From Phoronis australis (lineage: Eukaryota > Animalia > Phoronida), in contig NMRA01000004.1 of assembly GCA_002633005.1 (NCBI GenBank), forward strand, positions 1,183,793 through 1,247,792: a DNA stretch of 64,000 nucleotides, in the 5' to 3' direction. A program made the position numbers and the translations under genes. The notes below the pieces were generated by a model, which was given only the letters and a program-made list of their open reading frames with translations, ran no database searches and was not told where the DNA came from. Positions 40,866-52,162 of this stretch are shown piece after piece (position 1 is the first letter of the stretch; every line of letters starts with the position of its first letter).

Positions 40866-41323
40866 GTATGTTGGGAGCTCCATCTTTTGGCCATCATGCA
40901 AACTATTGCAATGTCAATCAAGTCACAATAAATGTGGCATTGCGCATATGTAGTTAAAAGAGGTACGTAGAGTAGCTCTATCTAGTGGGAATCCCTTGAA
41001 CTGCTAGAATATCAATCAAGTCATTGGCATTGTGTCACAAGACATTTGTCTTGATTCCTAATTCAAGGAGGATGAGTAGCTCCACATGTTGGCTACCAGA
41101 TGAACCATTTGTTCTGTAAATTAATTCTTCACCTACTTCTCACACACATTGCGGCAGACTAATGAAATTATATCAAATTTCTCAACAAAAATAAATTCCA
41201 CTTTATTGTCTGATTGGCTTAGTCTGTGCTCTGTTTATGCGAAGGAAACTGCATTTTCCATTATTTGCGGTAAGGAAAGCGGACATTGACAACTAGAAAC
41301 ATAGTTTTGGCATCCGTTGTGGC

Positions 41324-41637
<314 letters not shown>

Positions 41638-42811
41638 TAAGCATGAGACAGTGTACCACAGGTCCAAAGATAAGGAAGTTTTGCCTCGCCCCCCACCTGA
41701 CAGTGACAGATATTTGCCTCCAGTATATTATACAATAAAGTGTCTGCTTTAACAATAAATTGACTCGGAGTCTGCAGCAATACAGTAGTGACCAACTGGC
41801 CTTCATTCCATAGACACAAGGAACTTGTGAAAACGCAATATCACGCAAGTCTCCTCGAGAAATCACCGTGTATTACAAACAAACCACCTGATCACTGTCA
41901 CCTACAAGTGTCCCATGTTTTGAGAATCAATTTTCTTCACTGACCAAGAAACATCAAACCGATTCTCATAATTCGCCACGTTATTACAAGCCAGTAACAT
42001 ACCGGTATTTACCGTTAAACGGAAACACTGATCCTCGTACCCATCCTCTCTAATAACTTGTTACACAAGTCCATTATTATCACTTTCTATAATTAGTTTC
42101 TTGTCAGTCACTTCAGACCTTTGGAAATGTTATGTTAATTAAACCTAAGTTTAGTTGATTAGGTGCTACATGTCATTTCGTAACCAGCAAATGTGAATGC
42201 TCTATACAGGGGGATAACTATAGCGACTTGCCACAGAAGATGTACTACTATGACGAGTTTCTTTTGCTTAATAGTAGGGATCAGCATTTTTCTAGACCGG
42301 TTTACACACTGCGGGCTATAAAAGCTAAATCCGTCATTGAAAATTGAACTTTTTCAGAAGAAGAAAAGAGAAATAACGCGCATTGTATTTGCTGCGTGTG
42401 TTTGTTGATATGTTGTAAAAGACATTTCCTAAGCAGCTAGGGACTGTACAATAAAACAGTAGAGATGTTACCTAGTGTATGTAATTGCTATCATGCATTT
42501 GTGTTACGTTGTTCATGTTTTCCTGTTGTTTCATGATCGTTAAGCAATTGTCTCTCGGGACTATGACAGCTCATCTGATATAAAATGGAAATGGTCAGCC
42601 ATTTTTGTTTCAAAATCTTAATCATAATGACACAGAATCAGTTCATTTAGTTTTGTTGCAAACCACAACGATGCGCAAAGGTCATGTGACAAATTTGTGA
42701 ATTCTTGGCATTCAGTGTGACTGTCACACGCCCGGATTCTCATTCTTGTCATTCAGTCCGAATGTCTACTTGATGATAGTTCTAACATCACAGAGGACTG
42801 TATACCTTAAA

Positions 42812-43322
42812 CAGGGCTTGGAATTTTCCACGGAAACGCGGATTTCCGCTTTTTTCAAATGTTCTGTCCGCGCATTTTATTATATTTCCGTGTAAAAAAA
42901 AATCAGATTTGATATAAAATTTCGGCGGCAAACTCCTTTCGTACCGCGGCGTTCCCGACAACGTTCATCTCGAAAAGCGGAAATTGCTCTTTATGTTTCG
43001 GAGGAACGTAAATTGTCAACATTGCCGGGGCATCTGGGATAGCGTGTTGGGATTTTCAATGGCGTCTCGTGTGAGTGTAAACCGCGGTGACAAATACTAC
43101 GGCTCTGCAGCCAAAAATGTGTAGGGGGTGGGAGTGGAGGAGTAGATGGACGATATAAAAAGACGCAGATGCATGCTACTGATGGTGGTAACTTTTTTTT
43201 TTTTAGTCCTACCGATTTTTGTCGGCGAAAGGTTCACATCGACTATTTCAAGGCTGGGTTGCGCGCATGTTTTGGACCGTAAAAGTTTCCGCGTTTTTTG
43301 TCATTGGTCATTCCAAGCCCTG
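42812..43322 (+). mobile_element. hAT-like MITE, copy 1, 6-bp TSD
   Basis: 13-bp TIR CAGGGCTTGGAAT/ATTCCAAGCCCTG with CTTAAA on both flanks. Highly similar to 47860-48345. Confidence 0.88.
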
Positions 43323-43855
43323 CTTAAAGGGCAATAAACCCGCACTGTCAATTAATAATCGTCCCGTACTCATATAAGACATGATTGCTAGGCAGGTCCT
43401 AATTACTTCAGATCAGGTTAATGAAGATTACTTGTTAAATTCTGTGTGTTCTATTGTAACCAATTTCACTCCAAGAACACAGTGACGTTGCTATGGGGGG
43501 AAACATCACCTTGAAGAAAGTCGTTTTGACACCAGGACGGAGTTTATAGCTAGTTTACACTCCATGACTTTTTATTGAGATCTGGGTGGCAGGTATTGCT
43601 AATTTTTTTGTCTGGAACTTGCCTTCAAAACAATATTAACTATGTCACGGTTTGCACTTCGTTTTCCTAGCAAATAATTGTCACTTACCGGCTTCCTGTA
43701 TTTTGAGAACCAGTTATCTCCACTGACTAACGTGTATCAAAACTGGTTCTGAAGATACGTAACCCATGTAAATATCTAATTTTAGTCATCATTTGTATGG
43801 CAGAACCATGCTGTTCAGAGCTATCTAGTTATTGTGCCATGATTATTTTTTTCAG

Positions 43856-43984
43856 GGAACGGGTGCATCGGTACAGGTAGCCAGTGAGATGCTACCGAAC
43901 TCCACAGAGCGTGCAGTCACAATCTCGGGGTCGGGCCAAGCTGTCACACAGTGCATCTTTCACATTTGTCACGTTATGCTAGAG
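43856..43984 (+). CDS. PCBP: PCBP coding exon 6: GTGASVQVASEMLPNSTERAVTISGSGQAVTQCIFHICHVMLE (KH2 C-half)
   Basis: tttttcAG acceptor, GAG|gtaagc donor, 129 nt. MLPNSTERA is characteristic of PCBP KH2. Confidence 0.96.
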
Positions 43985-44899
43985 GTAAGCTGTCTCCCCC
44001 CACCCCCTGTCAACGACTCCCTTAATTACTGAAGACATTCCATCTGATGTCTTGTTTTTCTTGGGTTCACTTGACACTCAAAATTGTATGCTCATGTGTA
44101 ACAGTTGTCAGTGTTTGCGGAATATAAGTTGAAGTACTTTTGAACCCTGCATTAATTGCGTGACCATTTTAGAATTTGCCATATTTTGTTCTTTGCTGGA
44201 CATAGTATCGTTGAATGCTGAGGCGTGTTTTTGAAATTCTTGCTCGTGTAGTGTTTTGGTATTGCATGATGGATGAAGATGAAAAATAGCATTGCTTGGG
44301 ATATCAAAAAAGTGTTTTTAAAGGGAATATGCAAGAGCCTGCATTGACGTTGGCACTACAGTTGCTTGTGCTGTCTTCTGCTAGTATGCTAATAAGTGGC
44401 AAACCAATCGGCTGTTTTTCCAGCCAGTCAACAACTTGTTTCTGACCAGTTGGACAAATTGCGTGACTTGTGCTGCATAGTGAGCTTGGTTCATAATGTA
44501 ATTCCGTTCGTTAAATTAGGAATGCAAATTTGTTATGTAGCTTTAAATGAAGTTACAACCAAGAATGCATATGTTACCTGAAGACGTTAAGAAACTTCAG
44601 CTCAACATTTGGGATTCTAGTGAAAAAACTTAACATTCAGTACATTTATGTGCTATACATCCACCCACCTTCTCCCTAACTCTGACATCTCATGTGGTGA
44701 CGTAGCCAAGATCTGCCTCGAGAAGGATTTGCCAAGAACAGATTACGCCAGCCTATCTGGTTTAACAGCTGATAAAGTACACGCAAGGGTCTGTTGTGTG
44801 GCTATAAAATGGTGACCACCTGGCTACACTGATTAAGCAATTTTTTCCAAGATCACGCATGACTACGCAAAATCACGCGAGTGAAAGGCGAGTGTCTCA

Positions 44900-44901
<2 letters not shown>

Positions 44902-44957
<56 letters not shown>
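44902..44957. repeat. (AT)n microsatellite
   Basis: Uninterrupted AT dinucleotide run. Confidence 0.98.
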
Positions 44958-44959
<2 letters not shown>

Positions 44960-45717
44960 TGAGAGCTTACTAGAACCTTGCAAAATGGCCGCCTCTGAAG
45001 TGATCAGTCAGTAAGGTTGAAATGTGGAATTATGGGATTTAATTCATGAATTATAAGATCGAATTCACCGTTTATGTTCTGTAAGCGAACTAAAAAATTT
45101 GCTACAAGTGCATGGCTAATGTGTCGGGTCTACGGAATGCAGCCCAGGCAAGTTGACACCCGTCATCTGAGCAAATTGTTCATTGAGCTGAATGAGGACA
45201 GAACCATGTCTGGCCTGTACCCAGTGTCGAGCTTGTAACAGCCTAACCCTTTTGGTTTGTGGCTTTCTGATGCTGGACATGTGCTGATTAACAAATAATG
45301 AGGTGCGCGATTCTTGCTTTGAAATTTAACAGCAGTGTACGCGGAGTATTGGGCACTGTCCGTGTTTGGTGATTCATCTGGGGAGAAATCGTGGCTGCTG
45401 TGTTGGAAAAAAGATGTCAGACTTTGGTGTGTACAAAGTTTCTTAAAATACCGTTCTTAACATAAAGAAATAAACGATGAGTAATTACAACTCGTGTAAG
45501 CTGCCTGTTGTGGCTGGTCATAGGGTTGGAAGGTGGGGCTTTTCTCAATATTCTGTCAGTCTTTCCCTTTTCCACAAGTCGTCAAAATTGCAGCTATACC
45601 CCATTTGTCTGTTTACGTTCTCTGCATAATTTCTCTCTCACTGTGTACAGCTTATATTACCAGCGACGTCCATTCCCTTGAGCCTAGATTGTCTCACTGC
45701 TTGTCACTTTGTTGTAG

Positions 45718-45870
45718 CTCCCTCTAGTGGCCCTCTGCTGGACCGACCAGTGCGACCGCAGACCACCACCACAACTACCCCCAATCCGTGGCAGACTAGA
45801 TGTTGTTAGTCGTACTCTCCCCGAGTCTGCAGCGATGACCCCGAGCTATAGTGGCCTATGCGCTTTTTAT
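45718..45870 (+). CDS. Candidate alternative (cassette) PCBP exon, 51 aa: LPLVALCWTDQCDRRPPPQLPPIRGRLDVVSRTLPESAAMTPSYSGLCAFY
   Basis: ttgtAG acceptor after a pyrimidine-rich tract, TAT|gtgagt donor, 153 nt, phase 0/0 with no stop. GC/CpG-richer than the flanking intron. No homology recognised. Confidence 0.5.
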
Positions 45871-47321
45871 GTGAGTCATCGTCGTCATCCTCATCCGGAC
45901 ATAACGCAACCAACGTAAACTAAACAACCTGCTCTGTGGGGACAAACGTGGAATGTGTCGCAATATCATTTTCTCTAAGTCAATGTCTTCAGGAGTCCTA
46001 CTCTGACACCCTCACTAACTTTAAAATCCACAGTTATCAATCATTAAACTGTCCAGCGTCAGCTGATGGGTAATCAGGTGTGAAATTGCCCAGTGGGGAC
46101 GACAGTAGTATTTTTTAAATTTTCATTTTGAAAGTTTTTAAATGGCATGTTTGAACATTTTGTGAAAAGAACATGTGGTTAAGTTTTTGAATTTTAAAAA
46201 TCTGACAAGAAATTATAAAGTAGACCACTATCAGCATTCTGTTTCATTAATTCTGCTGTGAGTGCAAAATAATGGACTTATTACCAAGGATCATAAACCA
46301 GCAGTTGGAAACTGAGGAAAGCAAAGAGGCATCGTGCAATTATGTGCATGGTGCACCTGTTTAAGGTTACATATTGAATATTTAAAGCGAAATATTACCT
46401 TTGTTGTGAATTTGGTTTATTCTTCTGACACTAATCAGCATTTTAAACGTTTTATATTAATTTAAACTTATAAAATAACTATTGTTCAAACCACGAGTGT
46501 AACGCAGTGAACAAGGTATGAAAATGTCAGCTACTCCTAACAAGGTGTTTTCTCACTTTTCCATTGCGGTTACTATGGTCAATGACCTAGACACCTGTCA
46601 ATCCTTGGTCCACCCTCCCTATTTAATGATTTTCTGTTTGACTTGATCAGTAAAGCCATAAATGGGTGATAAAACTTTGGCAACATCTATTCAGCCGATC
46701 AGAGGCACAGAGTTTGCATAGTTTGACTTGCTCACAGCATCATAATTGACAATGACAGTTTAAAATACCTTTCAGATGAAGCAAATTTACCAAAAAAGCA
46801 TTAAATAAGCCAACATTCCCATTTATAATCTCTGCTTTTGGGATATTGACATTACACTTGTGATCAGTGGCGGTTGGTACAGCAATGTTCTCATACCAGA
46901 ATGTAGGTCCAGGTTTCCCCGCGAGTATAATTTGAACATTTTTTACAAGTCGCTCTTGTGTCATTTTTAATTTCACAATGTACGTTTGTGGATCAAAATA
47001 GAACAAAACGTGTCGATCGCCTTCTGAACACTGATTTCATTCGGAAGGATACTGTACAAAACTCGACATTCCACGCTGCCCCCACAGTGCTTCACCCAGC
47101 TCCTCACACGTCTTTCTCTGTCTGTAGGTGTTGTCAGTACGTGACCTGTCAGTACGTGACCCAAGGTTGTCTCACGTCACCAGCGACTCACGCCGATCGT
47201 CTCTTTGTTTTTTCTAGCCGTTTCAGGTTGGCGGTGCGCGGACACGCCCCACTCACCTAAACCATTTCCAGTACCTTCTCTCCCTCTGTAAACTCACCTG
47301 TGTCCTTCTCCTTTTCACCAG

Positions 47322-47453
47322 TCCCCTCCCAAGGGCGCTACCATCCCCTACCGTCCACGAGTCGTCATGGCCTCGCCGGGTATCGTCTACGCCGGCGGCC
47401 AAGCCTATGCCATCCAAGGACAGTTGGCAATGCCGCAGCCTGCAGTCACTGAC
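47322..47453 (+). CDS. PCBP: PCBP coding exon 7: SPPKGATIPYRPRVVMASPGIVYAGGQAYAIQGQLAMPQPAVTD (KH2-KH3 linker)
   Basis: cttttcaccAG acceptor, GAC|gtaagt donor, 132 nt. SPPKGATIPYRP and AGGQAY..QGQ are characteristic PCBP linker motifs. Not in the ORF track. Confidence 0.96.
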
Positions 47454-47730
47454 GTAAGTCTGAATGAGCCTTCAGCTCAGTTCTAACAAGAATTGGATTG
47501 TTGTCTTAGCCAATTAGTTAATTAAGGCTCATTTATTTGTGATTTTGAGAATTAATGAATACGCTAAAAAATTTCACCAATTGGCATACAAGTGAAATTT
47601 AATTACCTCATTTTTTCATAACATATTTTAGTCGACCTTGGTTACATGAAGGTACCCTCACTGTTTAAAACGTTTACATTACATCGATATACCATACAAA
47701 CTTGCCAGTCCCGTTAGTAGTCACAATCAT

Positions 47731-47782
47731 TTACAATGTACACCTTTACACTGTACACCTTTACGATGTACACCTTTACAAT
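47731..47782 (+). repeat. 15-bp tandem repeat, about 3.5 copies
   Basis: tgtacacctttac recurs every 15 bp. Confidence 0.9.
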
Positions 47783-47859
47783 ATCCTGTCCCTACTTACC
47801 ATGAGCTTCACTTATCATGAACAGCGGGTGACTATGATCCCACAGCCAGAAGAATATGC

Positions 47860-48345
47860 CAAGGCTTGGAACTTAACGCGGATTTCCGCTTTTTTCAAAT
47901 GTTCTGTATTTTATTATATTTGCGCATAAAAAATCGGATTTGATTTAAAATTTCTGCGGCAAATTTCTTTCTTGCCGCGGCATTGGCGACGACTTTCACC
48001 TCAAAAAGCGGAAGTTGCTCTTCATGTTTCGGAGGAACGTAAATTGTCAACAGTGCCGGGGCATCTGGGATAGTGTGGTGGATTTTTCAATGGCTTCTCG
48101 TGTGATTGTAAACCGCGGTGACAAATACTATGACTGCAGCCAAAAATGTGTGGATGTGGGAGTGGATGGACGTGCTAAAAAGACGCAGACGCACGTTTCT
48201 GGGGGTGGTACCGTTTTTTTTTTATATAGTCCTCCCGATTTTTGTCAGCAAAAGGTCCACATTGACTATTTTCAAGGCTGGGAAGCGCGCATGTGTTGGG
48301 CCGTAAAAATTTCCGCTTTTCTGTCATTGGTCATTCCAAGCCTTG
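47860..48345 (+). mobile_element. hAT-like MITE, copy 2, 6-bp TSD
   Basis: TIR CAAGGCTTGGAA/TTCCAAGCCTTG with ATATGC on both flanks. Colinear with copy 1. Accounts for ORFs 48015 and 48118. Confidence 0.88.
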
Positions 48346-48768
48346 ATATGCGCATTCGCTTACACCACAACTAAATATACACTGTATCGCTTCTTCAACA
48401 GTGTAAGAAGAATAGTATTCGTGGAGGCGTTTGGCCCAAAAGGGTTTTAACATCTGAAGTCCTTCAAAACACAAATAATATAGTCCATGTGGTCACATCA
48501 AACCCTGACGTTTACGGTAAAAATTCTCCTATTTGGGAAGTCTCTTAAATTTGGGATACAGAACCTCGTGCAAAAATTGAATTGATTTCATTCTGGAATT
48601 TGGGAAAAAGGCAATTTTGGTGCTCACCATTTGATATCTACCAAATTTGGGACGATGAGTTTTCAATCTACAGAGTGGGTAATTTTGGTTTGGTGTCTTT
48701 TTGGTGATTCTTGAATTTGGGATGACCAGTATTGCCTATTATGTTCACGAAAACAACAACGGATTTAA

Positions 48769-48816
48769 AACTTGACATGTTTCGGTGTCATTTATTAAAC
48801 ACCATCCTCAGAAGTC
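48769..48816 (-). ncRNA. Minimal type I hammerhead ribozyme of the Penelope-like element
   Basis: Minus strand reads GACUU-CUGAGGA-U-GGUGU-(UUAAUAAAUG)-ACACC-GAAA-CAUGUC^AAGUU. Core boxes, stem I (GACUU/AAGUU), stem II (GGUGU/ACACC), palindromic short stem III (ACAUGU) and a GUC cleavage triplet are all present. Confidence 0.88.
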
Positions 48817-48896
48817 ATAATACAGTGGCCACCTAGCTAGGCCCAGCAACAAGTAATGAAGCACAGATACAGTCAGTTACAGGGAGTGACAATGAA

Positions 48897-49856
48897 CTAT
48901 ACCAACAATGACAACCTGTGGTGTGTCAGTTGCCTATTGAGATTGGGCTTGCACCAACTGATATGTAAAGCCTCACGAATTTTAAGCTCCTTTGTTGTTA
49001 CTGCCTGGTCTATTATTGCAAAGTCATTGAAAGAGCACTGCTGATAACAATGATTGGAGCTCTGCAGGTGAATATTTACATGTGAATTACTGTCAGAATT
49101 TAGATGTTCCTTGGTCCTGGTTTTCAAATGGCGAACAGTTTCGCCTATATAACTGGAGCCACATCCAGCACAGATAAATTTGTATACAACCTTGGACCGT
49201 AGACCCATAGAAATTTTGTCCTTAGGGTTAAATAAACTCGACAGTTTTAGAGACTTGAATGTTAATACAACTCTTAAGTTCACACAGTAATCATTCACCA
49301 ATTTGTTGAGTTTTCGTTGAGCAATTTTGGCGTAAAACCCAACATAGGGTATTTTAAAGTACTTGTAGTTAGTTTTGTCTACAGGATGAACATCATCAGG
49401 GTTACGTTGGAGTCTTGCTTTCAGTACCCTATTGACTAATTCTAGGGGATAGCCATTCTTTTGCAAATTCGTTGTAAGTTCTTTGATATTAGAATCAAAT
49501 CTAGCCCAAGTGTTGTTAATGCGATATACCCTGTCTATTAGCGTCTTTATGAGACCTACTTTATAAACAAAGGATGTGAAGCTATGAAAACAAGTGTACA
49601 GTCCTGTGTAAGTCTTCTTATGAAATACTGATGTTATCACTGAGGTACCCTCACGCTCTACTAACACGTCCAGAAATGGCAAAATGTTATCGACCTCTAA
49701 TTCTATACTGAATTTCAAATTAGGATGCCTCGAGTTTAAATACACCAAAAATTCCTGGGCTGACTGCTGATTTTCAAATATACAAAACACATCATCTACA
49801 TATCGTCGATAGAAATAGATGTGAGGACCAGTGTATGTCTCAATCCATGTTTTCTC
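48897..49856 (-). CDS. Partial Penelope-like RT plus GIY-YIG endonuclease ORF (N-terminally truncated)
   Basis: The 297-aa ORF extends upstream in frame to EKTWIETYTGPHIYFYRRYVDD. It contains LPFLDV, VVYKFICAGCGSSYIGET (GIY-YIG with CxxC), RTKEH, EALHI and PNLN. Confidence 0.92.
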   Translation of the reverse strand, partial: EKTWIETYTGPHIYFYRRYVDDVFCIFENQQSAQEFLVYLNSRHPNLKFSIELEVDNILPFLDVLVEREGTSVITSVFHKKTYTGLYTCFHSFTSFVYKVGLIKTLIDRVYRINNTWARFDSNIKELTTNLQKNGYPLELVNRVLKARLQRNPDDVHPVDKTNYKYFKIPYVGFYAKIAQRKLNKLVNDYCVNLRVVLTFKSLKLSSLFNPKDKISMGLRSKVVYKFICAGCGSSYIGETVRHLKTRTKEHLNSDSNSHVNIHLQSSNHCYQQCSFNDFAIIDQAVTTKELKIREALHISWCKPNLNRQLTHHRLSLLV

Positions 49857-50476
49857 ATTGCCTATTAGAATTTAGGACAAGCACCGGCCTTGAGTAAAAT
49901 AATTGATTTTTCATTGTCTCAAATTTGAGAATTATCACGGTACTTTCCAAGGGTCTCTTGTTGTAGGATGTAAAAAATGGGCGTCATAGCTATCTTCCAC
50001 CAGACAGATTTTTGAAAATTTATGGGCATACGCAACAGTGTGAGAATTAAAAAAGCCTTAATTAAAAAATGGGGTAATTTTGGCAATTATTTTTGTCCAA
50101 AATTGTTGAGGTTTTAGTTTAAAGTATAATTTACTATACTGGATTATGATTTCACATTCTTACTGCGTTTATTCAAAGCTAGTAAAAAATGGCAAAATAC
50201 GGGCATTCAACTAATTCAATCTCATACAAGTCAGTTTGCCACTTAAGGTGATGTGTTATTCCCAGCTTACCATTGAGTGGGGTGCAGAAGGTTCAGTAGT
50301 TCAACCTTTTGTTTTGTTCAGTAGCTTGTCAAAATATGTCCCTGGAGTGAATACTGTTGTGCTTTGGCTGTCACCCCTGACAGCACTGGCGTAATTTGAG
50401 TGGTATTCAAAATTTGTAATTGTCCCTTGTGTGTACTGATTTGTTTTCAATTATGAAATACATACTTCTTCTGCAG

Positions 50477-50594
50477 ATGTCCAGCTATCTACAGTACAGT
50501 AAGCTAGGAATGCTAGGTGGCGCCCCAGCCGGCAGTGCACTAACGGCTGCACACTCACCCTACATATTCCCAGCTCAGGGGGCTATCATGCCCA
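50477..50594 (+). CDS. PCBP: PCBP coding exon 8: MSSYLQYSKLGMLGGAPAGSALTAAHSPYIFPAQGAIMP (linker)
   Basis: ttctgcAG acceptor, CCCA|gtaagt donor, 118 nt. Its phase 0/1 bridges phase-0 exon 7 to phase-1 exon 9. Confidence 0.88.
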
Positions 50595-51238
50595 GTAAGT
50601 AGATTTGCCAGTTTTTATTTTGTGGTAGGAAAAAATATTTTGGAAAGTGAAAAATTGTTTCAAGGCTTAAAAATTGTTTTCTTAACAGTTAGGACTGTGT
50701 CCTTGTTTTTGGAGGTTATACTGTGATTGGAATGGATCCCTAACATGTCAGTTCAAATTCGCTTCAGTTGGTAAATCATTTAATTCTTATTTTTTACTAC
50801 TTTGAAGTTGGCCTAATTTTTTTACACGCCGTTGTAGCGTGTCTTTAAGTAGCTTGTAATTGCCACCCACATAGCCTTTGTTCAGCCGTGGGTTTTCAAG
50901 TTGTCTGACAACATTTTCGTTGACAATAAGTGTTCTGGTGTTTTCTCAAAGAATAATCTAATTGAGAAAATATTGACATCTTGTTCACATATTTGGCATT
51001 TAGCAAATGTACCCCAAAACAATCTCAAATATTGGCCACCTTTAGGAATCTTGGTGTGGCTCCTGCGCAAATCTTTTAATTTCAGGGGTACTAGCTAATG
51101 TACTGGACTGCCACTCACTAATCATTTCAAATGTTCCAAGATCAGAAACGTGAAATGGTGTAACACGATCCCATATATTGTTGAGCTTTGTGCATTTAAT
51201 GTTTCGTGAAGTTAATGAAAGTGCCATTCTTTTTATAG

Positions 51239-51371
51239 ATCTGATGGGATTCCCCCGTCCCGCTGCCACTGCGCCTACACCTGCCTTACAACAGACACAC
51301 GAACTAACCATACCAAACGAGCTGATTGGCTGTATCATAGGAAGAAGTGGCTGTAAAATCAACGAAATAAG
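51239..51371 (+). CDS. PCBP: PCBP coding exon 9: (N)LMGFPRPAATAPTPALQQTHELTIPNELIGCIIGRSGCKINEI(R) (KH3 N-half)
   Basis: tttttatAG acceptor, AG|gtgatc donor, 133 nt, phase 1/2. HELTIPNELIGCIIGR matches the PCBP KH3 motif. Confidence 0.94.
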
Positions 51372-52162
51372 GTGATCCATTGACAATGTGTAAAGCGAGC
51401 AGATAATGCACACCTCCATCATGGGAGTTCTTGTACTAAGCTATCTGCACCTGTGGCCGTGTGCACAGTTCTGCAGGGTATTATTTCTCAAGCATTACTT
51501 CACCTGTCTATCACTTGGGCATCTTTTCTGTGGTTGGCTAAAATGTGGCACTTTAACTTCTCATGTACCACAGTGACCAATCACTTTCCAATGCCACCCA
51601 GATGTCAGGTGTTGCTATTCACAATCTGACCATTCAGGGGCTTTAGAAATCATAAACCCTGACTACAAATCGAGCAGGTGATGCCAGTATATCAAACATA
51701 CATGCTAATCTAAAGATATGATAAAACAGAGGAAAAAGCCTTAAGTGGTCATATAATAAAACCAATATAGACCAGTTCCTCGGGTCATATTGTATCATAT
51801 GCATCTCAAGAGGTCAATGTTGCCTTTGGTTACGGGCAATATTGCTCTGCCTCAATTCATGTGAGCTGATATTGACCTTGGGATCGTTCCATATTTGTTT
51901 ATTACTTGGGAGGGAAAGGTTGTGTGACACCTATAGGAAGCTGAAAGTTGAGATATATGAGGTCGGCCATAGCTTTGTAGAAAGTTGTGACGTGAAATGA
52001 CCATTTACTGTTTTTGCTGGAGGTCAAGTCAACATTCAAACTTTAAGTGTAGTACAATTTTACATTGTGGCAATTCAAGGTCTTTGGCTCCAGTTGTGTT
52101 TGGTCTCTTAGACATTCATTCTAATTCACACCTGTGATAATGTGTCTGTCATTCTCCATCAG

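Larger units (their letters stand above)
48742..49856 (-). mobile_element. 5'-truncated Penelope-like retroelement in PCBP intron 7 (antisense)
   Basis: Open frame with RT YVDD (49791-49802), thumb region and GIY-YIG endonuclease. Flanked by a perfect 11-bp direct repeat ATTGCCTATTA (48731-48741 and 49857-49867). Hammerhead motif in the 3' region. Confidence 0.93.

Noticed and set aside
48015-48374. 119-aa ORF and related ORF 43146-43337
   Set aside because: They lie in two copies of the same MITE and the frames are not conserved between copies.
48393-48410. CTTCAACAGTGT, matching the 5' half and loop of the ferritin IRE
   Set aside because: The 3' arm AAGAA cannot pair with the two A residues next to the loop, and the site is intronic.
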